A stretch of DNA of 64,000 nucleotides from NCBI RefSeq assembly GCF_006345805.1, contig NC_043009.1, positions 63,364,001-63,428,000 on the forward strand, in the 5' to 3' direction. The notes below the pieces were generated by a model, which did not search any database, was not told the DNA's origin, and was given only the letters and a program-made list of their open reading frames with translations. The stretch's first letter is position 1; each line of letters starts with the position of its first letter. Below, in pieces: positions 1 through 11,743 of this stretch. The translations under genes were made by a program, and so were the position numbers. The stretch comes from Octopus sinensis (Eukaryota).

Positions 1-300
1 GGAAATCTTTCCTATGGATGGCATTTATGTATATAGCAACAGCATTGTTCTGCGATAGATGGAAGTACCTTGATGGCATTTGGGGGCAGTTACTGATCAC
101 ATGTATAAAATATCCCATGGAAATGTGATATAACCGACATTTTATATCGCATTTTGAGGGCTCAAGAGTTCAATCTTATCTTAGATATCTAAGGTTCATT
201 AGGTATTTCATACCTGTCTCCCACACTTAAATTGCATAAACGTAACTTCGAAATGTGACGAGTCCGAAAGCGTCTACACTTTCTGTTAATAACATTATCC

Positions 301-615
301 TCAGTGTAAATAACGGACAGGGTCAAGACTATTGAAAAGGTTGCAAGACGCAACGAAAATTTTAGGAAAATAAAAATAAGAAATAAGTGGAAATTTTACC
401 GGTGAGTGTGTTACATTATAAGGCACAAAAAGAAAATGACTCTCTCCAGACACAACAGAATATGCTTCAACACACGAACTCATATAAAGAATCTTGCAAA
501 CCAAATCCAAAAATGAAATATTATCCTCAAGTTTACGTGAAACACACCAAACTGTCTGAGTAATAATATGCCACACTCGAAGACCGTCTACACTGATTGT
601 TTTTTCCCTCTTCAT
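301..615 (-). pseudogene. Possible decayed Penelope-like (PLE) reverse transcriptase C-terminal fragment
   Basis: The ORF contains EDNISFLDL and FLFVPYNVTHSP. These resemble the PLE RT-thumb motifs E....FLD and YL...S.HP. Recognised by eye only. Confidence 0.35.
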
Positions 616-988
616 ATCATATCTTCCTAATCTTCGCTTCAGAGAGTAGAGAAGGTCTTAGTTCTTTCAGCCTCTTCCCCTGTCTTCTAACTCATCTGTT
701 ATATTGAGGTAATGTTTTTGGTTTAATAGTGTTTCATTGTTTCCAGTTCTGCAATTAGTTTAACAACTTACTATTTGCAAGGAAGCTTGAAAAATTCTCT
801 GAAGCGGTTGCGTTGAAAATTCTTTCGATGTCTAGAAACGTATGGAAGAGAATAGTTGGGAACTTCCCGGAGTTCTTCTGTTGCTAAGTTAAGACCATTT
901 CACTGAGTTAATATTACGTTTCACTTCTCTTTCATGTCCATGTAATCGATAGTTGCCTCTTCTTGGTAGAAAAAGTTACAATGTAGAA

Positions 989-1240
989 CAATGGTTCTAA
1001 ACTAAGGTCCATAAGACCCTTGGGGTTCCATATTAGATTTTATCGTTAAAATTTGTCTGCAATAAATTGGTTTTACTACTACAAAACACAAAATATTTTA
1101 ATAATTTTTTTCATACAATTTCTAATAAAATTCAATTATGAGAATATAATTTGATTTTTAAACATCGAGTGGCTACGGGGTCCAGTAAAATAAACTAGGG
1201 ACCAAAGGGGTTCAAAGGTAAAAATGGTTGAGAAACACTG
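989..1240. mobile_element. hAT (Charlie-like) MITE
   Basis: Ends are CAATGGTTCTAAAC and GGTTGAGAAACACTG (imperfect TIRs). Flanks ATGTAGAA (981-988) and CTGTAGAA (1241-1248) form a 7/8-matching 8-bp TSD. Confidence 0.75.
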
Positions 1241-2143
1241 CTGTAGAAGAAAGCCAGTTAATTTATTCTTAACGGTGAAGTAAAGACTCTTTTGATTGTG
1301 CATTCAGTTTTTCACATACGCTTTACGACGTTGCAGTCGGTGAGCAATTTTTTTTAGCATTGCCCCTAATTTGTGATATATTAAAGCTGATTATTTTGCA
1401 AATTTATCGAAAATCTTAGGGTTCGCTTTCGTATTTTTTACAGCTTTGGTTTCTCTTTCATCTCTCCTCTTTTCATATTAATTGCAACAGTGACAAAGAA
1501 ATATAAACATCAAAATAAGAATCATTTGCTGAAAATGCGAAATAGTATACTATTCAAACGCCAAGGGAAGTAGAAAATTATTCAAAAATGTAAGACAACA
1601 AAGTTAGTTGAAAGAATTAGTATTTTTCACCAAAATATCTCAAGATCATTGAGAATTGTGGAGAAAATTTTGACATTTTGGAAGGTATTTAGAATTAATT
1701 CTCACACATCAGACACATGTGTGAGAATAATGTTATTTTATTTTCTTGGACTTGAATGGCAAAGAAAAGTAGATATGAAAGCAGAAGACGTGTGATGTGT
1801 CAAACCAAAGAAGATATACTTAGATAACATCTTTATAATGTTTAACAATTGCATACATAAAATATAAACAAGGGGGCAAAAGGAATGGGTAAGAAAAGCG
1901 AAATGGGGAGCTGCAGGAACAAGTAGGAATCTGACATTAACGCGAGATGTTTTGCAAACAACTTGCACATGCAAGTGCTACCAGTCGAGAACTCGGCATA
2001 CCGGAAGCCAGCAAGTGTATGGAGTCATCAGGAGAGAATGCGCGCTGTTTAGGGACCTACCACTTGACGGCATCAATGCTCACCGCAATTCCCTCACTGA
2101 TATGAGGCCTCGCTTGCTAGATCAGCTGGTTATTAAATAAAGC

Positions 2144-2860
2144 TCAATATTCTTCTAGCCATCGCTCATCGTTTCTTTTTAACCAAATCCAGTGGCTAGC
2201 CTTTTCCACTGTTGTTTGGATATCGGTCACGGTGGTATTTACCTTACGATGTGTTAGGCCTAACGATAACAACAGTCGTCTCACACTGTGTCCAACAAAC
2301 CCTCTACATCCAACATTGATTGGAAAATGCTCCGCTTTCCAGCCTGCATCTTCACAGTCCTCGAGGAGATTTACATAACGATCAATCTTTCGAGCCCAAG
2401 CGGCGTCCATGTTATCTTCATGAGAAACAGTTAATTCGACTAGATTCACAACTTTCTTTCCTTCACACCACATTAAAATGTCCGTTTTTTTTTCGTAATT
2501 GGGATAGGAAAAAGTCCCTGGCACCCTGATAAATCAACAGCACCTCCCAATTGCCGTTCCACTTTTCATCTCTCACAGGAAGTTTGTTGTTCTTCTTGAA
2601 ACGGATCCGCTGTCCTGAGCGTACGAAGGTAATGAAATCTCTAGTTCGTACTTCCAGCGGTTACTTTTTTTTCACTGTTGTTGAAATCAATTTGGTTCTT
2701 TTTAGCATTGAAGATAATCTTAAGAGCCAGGTTGTGTCTTCATGTATACCTGTTCAATGCTAGTGAACAGTTGGAAAGAATATGCTTCAGTGTTCCTACC
2801 TTTCCGCATTTGCATTCTCTGAGACGTTCCATCTTACTAGATTTGCAGGTGACGGCAAAA
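2144..2860 (-). mobile_element. HERO-like RLE non-LTR retrotransposon, 3' remnant (CCHC knuckle plus restriction-like endonuclease)
   Basis: Minus-strand pieces: CKCGKVGTLKHILSNCSLALNRYT*RHN, then ITFVRSG, then TDILMW...LVELTVSHED...RKIDRY...GWKAEHFPINVGCRGF...EKASHWIWLKR. Contains a stop and frameshifts. Confidence 0.85.
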
Positions 2861-3040
2861 CAACATAGGTCAGTTCTTTTACTCGTGACATTACGAAAAT
2901 AACTTGTTACTTTTGAGAAATTGATATTAAAAACGTCGCTGAACACAGATGAAGACATTTAATGGAAAAAATTGAGGCAAACAAATTAATGTTCAGAATG
3001 AAATTTTGCGTTGTACTTCTCACTTTCACCCAAAATCTAG

Positions 3041-3115
3041 TCCTCTAAAACTTAAATCCTAACCTTAAACCTACCCCAGGCCTTAAACCCTAGACCTTAA
3101 CCCTAACAAACCCTT
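3041..3115 (+). repeat. Degenerate CCTAA/ACCCTA telomere-like repeat tract
   Basis: Sequence cttaaatcctaaccttaaacctaccccaggccttaaaccctagaccttaaccctaacaaaccctta. Confidence 0.5.
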
Positions 3116-3463
3116 AGGTGAGTGCGACTTATTGCTATGGGAACATATACAAATAACATCGTCAGCTGAGTGGGACATCCCGGGTGGAAAAATCTGATTG
3201 GCTAAAATTACGAAACTTTTCAAAATTAGGTTCGTAACTTTTGAATTATTAATTTCTCTCCCAAAAAAAAATACCTGTGATTATCGTAAGTGGCATAAAA
3301 ACCAAGGATTCTGTAGAAACATTCAATAAAATCAAGTTCTAAGCAGCAAACTGAAAACATCTCTGCTCATCTCTCCGTGATTCCCTCTTCCATCTCTTCG
3401 CTTTTGTTGGTTCTTTCGTTTTCCTTTGCACCATCTTTTTTCACCTACCCCTGCTTCTCTCTC

Positions 3464-3516
3464 TCACGTTCTTTCTCTCCCTCTCACTCTCTCTCTTGCG
3501 TATATACATACATACA

Positions 3517-3553
<37 letters not shown>

Positions 3554-3779
3554 ATATATATATAATATATATATATATCTATATATATATATATATATAT
3601 ATCTATATATATATATATAATATATATATATATATATTGCTTCTATTTTCACTCCCCGATTGTTCCCTCTCGCGTTATCCCCTTTCTTATGTTTCTGGTG
3701 CTATTTATACAGGAGTAAACACACAAACACACGTATATGTCAAACGTTTTATATTCACGTATATACCGTGTGTGCGTGC

Positions 3780-3839
<60 letters not shown>

Positions 3840-3840
3840 A
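3464..3840. repeat. Compound microsatellites (CT)n, (TA)n and (TG)n
   Basis: Directly visible. These explain the ORFs at 3377-3931. Confidence 0.95.
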
Positions 3841-4839
3841 TACACAGATTGTTATGCATTTCTGTCTGCTTGTATATACTTACACCGAAGCAGTTACACA
3901 CTTAAAAGATCTAAACGTGTTTAAATGTTAAGAACTATGTATACGTGTACAAACATACATTACATACATACATAAATACATACAGACACACACACACACA
4001 CACACAGACGAATATAAATATATGAATGTACCACATGTGACTCTGTGTGTGTGTGTGTGTGCACACGCATATCTCCTGAATAAGTCAACGAAAAAGAAAA
4101 ACGGAAAAAAACGAAAAACGAAAAAGCAAGACTGTTTTTATTTGAAGGAGAGAAATTCGAAAACTATGCCAGTTGTCCTGGAGACTGTTTACATGCTGCT
4201 GTTGAGCGAACATAAAGCTACATAACATCCTAAACGTTGAGGAACGTATCACATCTTGTCATTCTGATCTCTAGATTAACAAATTATCAAAAGATCTTTG
4301 TGGAGCATACGAGACATAGCACAAGTATTGCTAACCGAGAAAGCAGCAGCTCTGTGGCTCTATGAGAGCCGGACACACTGAAAAATTCATTTATTTATTT
4401 ATTCATTTCTTTATATATATATCAATTTATTTATTTATTTATTTATTTTGTTATCAAATGTAGAATCAGAGTGTTTCAGCTGGCGTCTCAGGAATTTCTA
4501 GTGAAGACGAAAATGTTATAAACTACATCAACCTTCACATTCTGTATTTTTCGTTAATTTTATTTTATTTTTCAAATAAAATTACTTACGATTTTTTTTT
4601 TTTTTTTGGAGAAAAAATTACACCCACAAAAACAAAAAAAAACAACATATACATCTGAAATAATTTCAAGGATTCATCATAAGAAATGTCGTTATGAAGT
4701 GTGACATTTGTCAAAAAATAAGTTTTGCAATAATTTTCACGTCCTGTCGCATTTACTCGAACTCAGAATATGGCGAAAATACAGAATGTTTCAAGTAGAA
4801 AACGCAAAGTTTTGGGGAAACTAGAGGTGTTTGTCGTTC

Positions 4840-4916
4840 AACCGCTTTACTCACAACATTCATGTCATTTGGTATGGCTACATCAATGATCTGACAGTAT
4901 TTGTCTCTCTTATCAT
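4840..4916 (-). mobile_element. Short R4/Dong-type RLE endonuclease fragment
   Basis: Translates as DKRDKYCQIIDVAIPNDMNVVSK (IIDVA.P motif). It starts directly after an (AAT)n array. Confidence 0.6.
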
Positions 4917-4940
4917 TATTATTATTATTATTATTATCAT

Positions 4941-5446
4941 TGAGTGAGAGAGCAGTGCATGCCATCAAAGTGACACTGGAGTAAAATATATGAAGCTCAG
5001 TATAAGGTACACTAGGCACATGCATCACAACCATATGTGCGCGAAATGGTGATCTCATATCAAGAGAAACAGCACATGACCTTGTAGGTGGGGCCCAGTT
5101 AGAATTTTCTTTTGGTCAAGTAACCTTTCCTCTCAAAAGGTCCCTGAATAAGGGTCGTTTAAGGATGTTGAACGAACCACCCATGTTTCCAATAATTCCT
5201 TTCAAGACACGGCTATGATACTCTCCCACTACTTCTGCTCGTGGTCAGAGAGGTACATATCGTCAGCCACTAAGGGACATGCTCAACTGGTTATGGTCAA
5301 ACAACTGACAAGCAAATCTGTGGTATTGAGCAGAATATTTGATGTAGCCCATCTTTTATACCAAGACAAAACAATGTACATGATGACACTTCCAATCAGT
5401 TAAAACCAAAAGCCATGACAGCCACTGCCCGGTATTGCATCAGGAC
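4941..5446 (-). mobile_element. ~555-bp (TAA)n-associated non-autonomous retroelement, copy 1 (small internal deletions)
   Basis: Colinear with copies at 8753-9307, 9819-10373, 39698-40184 and 62570-62854. Flanked by ATT/ATC repeats. Confidence 0.85.
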
Positions 5447-5500
5447 ACCATCATCATCATCATTACTATTATTATTATTATTGTTATTGTTATTATTATT

Positions 5501-5545
<45 letters not shown>

Positions 5546-5751
5546 GTCGTCGTTATTATTATTATTATTATTTAAAACGTCTCACAGTATCCAATATCGT
5601 GATGTTGATTGAAGATATTGTGTCTACCGAGGGTTTGTACTCTTGCAAGTCACAACAGGGACCTCAGACAAACAGTACTTTATCCAGTATGCGTGCACTT
5701 CCAAGTAATGGCGATTTTTGCAATACATCTACATTGTAGGGTATTTCGTAA

Positions 5752-5952
5752 GGCGGCAAGATGGCAGAATCGCTAGCACGCGGGACAAAATGCTTAGCGG
5801 TATTTCGTCCGTCGTTACGTTCTGAGTTCAAATTCCGCCGAGGTCGACTTTACCTTCATCTTTTCGGGGTCGATAAAATAAGTACCAGTGGAGTACTGAG
5901 ATCGATGTAATCAACTCGCCCCCACTCGCGAAATTGCCCTATAATAGAAAGG
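5752..5952 (+). mobile_element. tRNA-headed SINE type A
   Basis: A-box-like TGGCAGAATCG, B-box GAGTTCAAATTCC, and central CTTTCGGGGTCGATAAAATAAGTACC. Confidence 0.85.
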
Positions 5953-5970
5953 AGTATTATTATTATTATT

Positions 5971-6003
<33 letters not shown>

Positions 6004-6009
6004 ATTATT

Positions 6010-6545
6010 ATTATTTGATGAAAGCTCTCAGCTTATTCCACTGGGTATGATGGAAAGTGTCAGTTGTCCACAGCCAGCAGATTAAGGTGACACTTGTTTA
6101 CAGATCATGCTTCAAGAACTCTGCGGAGAACTCTTTCAGTTCCAAACAATGAGGATTTTTGTAAGTGTTCCATCTTTGAATTTATCCGAATCTTTTGAAC
6201 CATGTTGGTAAGTTGAGTGCTGATACTTCCAAGTACACCAATTATTACTGGTATCACGTCCACTCTCTTCATTACCCACAACTTTCGTATTTCTCTCTTC
6301 AAATCGACATAGTTTTTCTTCTTCTTTCTCTCTGACCCTGTTATCACCGGAATATACTACATCGGTTATCATGCAAGTTATTTATTTATTTTTTTTTTTT
6401 TTTTTAATTTTGTTGTTCACCACAACAATATCAAGTTTCCGATATCTGATCTGATCACACTGAATCATTGCATCCCTCGGGATTTTACAGTATTCATTCT
6501 CAGTTACTCCTTCTGGGATTCGGTCATGCCAAGTCTTTGCGCATT
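6010..6545 (-). mobile_element. R4/Dong-clade LINE, 3' remnant with (TAA)n tail
   Basis: Reads WHDRIPEGVTENEYCKI...MIQCD, CMITDV..GDNRVREKEEEK, then YVDLKREIRKLW.MKRVDVIPVIIGVLG...LQKSSLFGTERVLRRVL*. A short 3' UTR runs into (AAT/AAC)n. Confidence 0.88.
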
Positions 6546-6741
6546 TTAGGCCGTGATCATCACCATCATCATCATCATCATTTTTTTTTTGTCAAATAGA
6601 AGACTCATCGGTAGCCAGAATCATATATTATACAAAACTATGAACGGCGTCAGATATTCGCCATTTTACCCTGACCTGGTATTACGTAAGCGATTTCTAA
6701 GTACTACAAACATCACTGTTATTATATAAAATATGACTGTT

Positions 6742-6953
6742 AGAGGGCGAGCTGGCTGAATCGTTAACACGCTGGACGAAATGCTCAGCGGAATTTCATC
6801 CTTTGCTACGTTCTGAGTTCAAATTCCACCGAGGTCGACTTTGCCTTTCATCCTTTCGGGGTCGATAAATTAAGTACCAGTTGAGTACTGGGGTCGATGT
6901 AATCGACTACCCGCCTCACAAAAATTTCAGGCCTTGTGCCTATAACAGAAAGG
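6742..6953 (+). mobile_element. SINE type A monomer with 16-bp TSD
   Basis: ATAAAATATGACTGTT occurs at 6726-6741 and 6954-6969, flanking a head-to-tail complete copy. Confidence 0.92.
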
Positions 6954-7039
6954 ATAAAATATGACTGTTGATAATGTATTAAAATAACAAGTTTTTGATA
7001 CATCAAAAGTTTGGGTTCAGATCATGAGAAAGTTCGATT

Positions 7040-7443
7040 AAGTTTTTAATTCGTCCTTGAGCAAAACACTTCATTTCACGTTGTCCCAGTCCACTCAGCT
7101 GGTAAAAATGAGTAACACTGCGACGGACCGGCGTCCCGTCCAGGAAGGGGGAATTTCTACGCCACTGAAACCGGGAAACAGTTGTGTACTGGGGTCGATC
7201 TAATCGACTGTCCCCCTTCCCAAAAACTTCGGGCCTTGTGCCTAGAGTAGAAAAGAACATTCTCAGCATCTAAAGGCGGCGAGCTAGCAGAAACGTTAGC
7301 ACGCCGGACGAAATGCTTAGCATGGAGCCGCGTGGAGCTTAGGTGTTTCGCTCATTAACACACACATCGCCCGGTCTGAGATTCGAACCCGCGATCCCTC
7401 GACCGCGAATACGCTGCTCTAATCACTAGGCCATGTGCCTCCC
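7040..7443. mobile_element. Cluster of nested SINE fragments (type D body, type A 3' end and head, type C head on minus)
   Basis: Segments match other copies in this window. Confidence 0.75.
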
Positions 7444-8113
7444 CTATATAGCATTATATGTATTGTTTATTCACCTCTGCCGTAGTTTTACATGAGTTAT
7501 CCAGGCGCTCTATATTAAGAATTCCGGTTACATTAAGGAGATCAAACGATAATCTTTTCAATGAAAGACGATCAACTGAAAGCCAGGCTGAAATGCTTTA
7601 TCGTCTGACAAATATCCGATGCAATATTAACTTCTTAGATAAAGGTTAAAGGTTTGACTCCGTTTCTATTTCTTACAGGGTGTGTAAAGCAAATAACTTG
7701 AAACTCGCCAGAAAAATCTCTGAAGCAGCCAGAGAAATACAAACATATCCAGCTTTGAGATTCAATAAATGTATTAGTCGATGTTTATTTGGTTTCTATT
7801 TCTTTGTATCACCTTACTCTCAACAGAGCCAGTCGCATATTCTCCAAAAGCATTACCCTGGCATTATGGAGATGTCACGTAGATAGTTGTCTCAAATAGA
7901 AGGCCTTCGAAAAACGCGTCCGTTATTACACGACTAAATACTTACCACGAGGCAAGTCATTCCATTCGTACCGACCTTCACAAGATCATTTCAAATACCC
8001 TGTAATCAAGGACTTATGATTTATACGAATATATGATCGGTCATTAAAGACCGAGAAGAATAAAGACCCAACAAAACTCAAAAGACCCAAGAAGAATGTA
8101 TGTGTGTGCGTGT

Positions 8114-8214
<101 letters not shown>

Positions 8215-8359
8215 CATACATACACACGCTTATACATACAGGCATATGTGTCAATGTATAAAAATGTGTGTGTCTGTGTGTCTGGTCTGTCTGTGTGTAT
8301 ATATTTGTGTATGTATATGTGCATATATGTGTGTATGTATATGTATGTATGTGTGTATG

Positions 8360-8390
<31 letters not shown>

Positions 8391-8414
8391 GTATATATAT
8401 ATTATATATATATA

Positions 8415-8476
<62 letters not shown>

Positions 8477-8561
8477 ATAAAAACGGTAAGATAACAAAAG
8501 AAAGAGACCTCGATATTATATAAATAGAGGATAGAATTGGCATTTCGGTTCTATTTTATCA

Positions 8562-8608
8562 AAAACTGTCCGACGAACGGGAACATGAAACTCCGAGTAA
8601 CAGGTTTT
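8562..8608 (+). ncRNA. Hammerhead-like motif (type I) with non-canonical core
   Basis: AAAACTGT-CCGACGA-ACG GGAA CAT-GAAAC-TCCG-AGTA-ACAGGTTTT. Stem I pairs. The core has C instead of U at position 4, and stem II has one mismatch. Confidence 0.45.
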
Positions 8609-8752
8609 GTTGAATTTTATCGACTAGCCTCTGTCCCCAAACCTTTCGTCCTTGTGCCTATAGTAGAACGGATTATTATAATTATTATTAACCTTCCTCT
8701 CCAAAATTTCAGGCTTTGTGCATATAGTTAAAAATATTATTATTATTATTAT

Positions 8753-9307
8753 TGAGTGAGAGAGCAGTGCATGCCATCAAAGTGACACTGGGGTAAAATA
8801 TACGAAGCCCAATATACCCATCATGACTACCCGTCTGATAAGGGCACACCAGGCACATGCATCACAACCATATGTGCGCGGCATGGTGATCTCATATCAA
8901 GATAAACTGCACATGACCTTGCAGGTGGGGCCCAGTTAGAATTTTCTTCAGGTTGAGTAGCCCATCCCGCTCAAACGGTCCCTGAATAAGGGTTATTTAA
9001 GGATGTTGAAAAACCCACCCATGTCTCCAGAGGTGAATTATTCGAACCCCAAAGAATCCCTCTCAACACATGGCTATGATGCTCCCCCACTACTTCTGCT
9101 CGTGATCAGAGATGCACATATCGTCAGCCACTAAGGGACATGCTCAACTGGTTAAGGTCAAACAACTGACAAGCAAATCTGTGGTATTGAGCAGAGTATT
9201 TGCTGTTAGCCCATCTTTTATACCAAGACAAAACAATGTACATGATAACACTTCCAATCAGTTAAGATCAGAAGCCATGAGAGCCTCTGCCTGGTACTGC
9301 ATCAGGG
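8753..9307 (-). mobile_element. ~555-bp (TAA)n-associated retroelement, full-length copy 2
   Basis: (ATT)n on both sides. Highly similar to 9819-10373. Confidence 0.9.
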
Positions 9308-9331
9308 TAATTATTATTATTATTGCTATTA

Positions 9332-9730
9332 AGGCGGCCAAACTGGCAGAACCTTACTGCGCCGGATAAAATGCTTCCGATTTGACAATCATCCTTTCGA
9401 GGACGATAAAACAAGTACCACTGGAACACTGGGATCGATGCATTTAACTTACCCACTCTTTCGAAAATGCTGGCCTTGTGCCAAAATTTGAAACCATTAT
9501 TATTGTTATAAAAGCTGTGAGCTGACAGAATCGTTAACGCACCGGTCAAAATGCTTAGCGAGATTTTTTCTGGTTTTACGTTCAAAGATCAAATCCTGCC
9601 GAGGTCGACTTATCTTTTCTATTTTGCGGGACCGGCAAAATAAAGCACGTGTTGAAGATTGGGATTGATGTAATCGACTTGACCCCTCCCACAAAATTTC
9701 AGGCTTTGTGCCTATAACAGAAAAGATTAT
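9332..9730 (+). mobile_element. Two diverged SINE type A copies
   Basis: Head and central motifs are recognisable in both. Confidence 0.7.
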
Positions 9731-9818
9731 AACAGAAAACAAAGGTTTCTTCCTCATCAGTCTTCCAAGCCCCAGGAATAAAAATTTGTCCACATTCACT
9801 TATTATTATTATTATCAT

Positions 9819-10373
9819 TGAGTGAGAGAGCAGTTCATGCCATCAAAGTGACACTGAGGTAAAATATACGAAGCCCAATATACCCATCATGACTACCCGT
9901 CTGATAAGGGTACACCAGGCACGTGCATCACAACCATATGTGCACGACATGGTGATCTCATATCAATATAAACAGCACATGACCTTGCAGGTGGGGCCCA
10001 GTTAGAATTTTCTTCAGGTTGAGTAGCCCATCCCGCTCAAAAGGTCCCTGAATAAGGGTGGTTTAAGGACGTTGAACGAAACACCCATGTTTCCAGAGGT
10101 GAATTATTCAAACCCCAAAGAATCCTTCTCAACACATGGCTATGATGCTCCCCCACTACTTCTGCTCGTGATCAGAGATGCACATATCGTCAGCCACTAA
10201 GGGACATGCTCAACTGGTTAAGGTCAAACAACTGACAAGCAAATCTGTGGTATTGAGCAGAATATTTACTGTAGCCCATCTTTTATACCAAGACAAAACA
10301 ATGTACATGATAACACTTCCAATCAGTTAAGATCAGAAGCCATGAGAGCCACTGCCTGGTACTGCATCAGGGC
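9819..10373 (-). mobile_element. ~555-bp (TAA)n-associated retroelement, full-length copy 3
   Basis: (ATT)n on both sides. Confidence 0.9.
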
Positions 10374-10469
<96 letters not shown>

Positions 10470-10863
10470 TTACCATGAATAAAGCTTCAAGTAGAAGCTT
10501 GTTCTCTAAGCAATGTTATTAATAGATGTATATCTACATTCTGGACACTGAAGTTCCGGAACCTTTTATTATCTGCACTAATTTACGAGCAGAAAGTTCA
10601 GATTCCCACAGCCGCCACACCTGTTTATTGGAACTTTGTTCAGACTAGTACCTGGCAGAGTACACAATTAATAAACTCGTGTCATTTATACTAATGTACT
10701 TGTACTTACCGGAGTAAATTTAATATTTGTTCAATTTAGAGTGTGTTGAGGAAGGTGGCCACCCTTGGTACGGAAAATTCAATAATGCAGAGATGGCTTG
10801 CAGTCAAAGCTTCCGGAAAATTGATGTTATATCTGTAGTCAAACAATATTATCAGCACCTAAA

Positions 10864-11267
10864 GGCGGCGAGCTGGCAGAAACGTTAGCACGTCGGGCGA
10901 AATGCTTAGCAGTATTTCGTCTGCTGCTACGTTCTGAGTTCAAATTCCGCCGAGGTTGACTTTGCATTTCATCCTTTCGGGGTCGATAAATTAAGTACCA
11001 GTTACGCACTGGGTTGATGTAATCGACTTAATCCGTTTGTCTGTCCTTGTTTGTCCTCTCTGTGTTTAGCCCCTTGTGGGTAGTAAAGAAATAGAAATAG
11101 GTATTTCGTCTGCCGCTACGTTCTGAGTTCAAATTCCGGCGAGATCAACTTTACCTCTTATCCTTTCGGGATCGATAATTTAAGTACGAGTTGCGTCCTG
11201 GGGTTAATCTAATCGACTAGTTCCCTACCCGAAAATGTCGGGCCTTGTGCCTAGAGTAGAAAAAAAA
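10864..11267 (+). mobile_element. SINE type A dimer
   Basis: Head, unit, spacer, then a second B-box-containing unit starting at 11101. Confidence 0.85.
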
Positions 11268-11710
11268 CGTTCTCAGCACCTAATTGGGTAGTGTTATTTA
11301 TTTAATTATAATTTTTCACATAGATTTTTTTTGCACATCAAACAGGACCACACTGACAATCAAGTGAATATATGTTTTAGAGCTGATGAGGATTCAATGT
11401 TGATTTAATCAACTTAAGTTCGGATTCAGAATCCGTGAGTTGCACAGTGTGAGGTTTCTGAGAATTTCGTTTGAAAAAAAAAAGGAAAGAAATACTGTGT
11501 GTGAGAGGATACATACACATACATGTGTGTATGCGTGTGAAGTAGAAGAGTGTGCATGTGTGTGCGCGCGTGTGTGTGTGTATGTGTGTACTAGAAGCGT
11601 GCAGAGTTCATTGGGTGTTTGCGTGTGGTAACTAGTATTACAAGCCATCTGTTTCAAATGCATTGATTTGTAATTATAATTACCATACAGCAATACACAC
11701 ACACATGACT

Positions 11711-11743
<33 letters not shown>

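Noticed and set aside
255-290. Hammerhead-like GTGACGAGTCCGAAAGCGTC next to the possible PLE remnant
   Set aside because: C3 is missing, the stem III palindrome is broken and stem I does not pair. At best a decayed relic.
7679-7886. Two strong-looking acceptors and a 68-codon ORF
   Set aside because: No good donor before the in-frame stops and no recognisable protein motif.
10340-10373. CCTGGTACTGCA resembling the U2 snRNA 3' stem-loop
   Set aside because: The match is too short and no other U2 features are present. It is the terminus of the TAA-associated element.
10740-10860. Open stretch ECVEEGGHPWYGKFNNAEMACSQSF after tttag
   Set aside because: Weak acceptor tract, ambiguous donor and no homology recognised.
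11381-11440. CTGATGA followed by a GGATTC/GAATCC stem
   Set aside because: No GAAA after the stem and no stem I or III partner.
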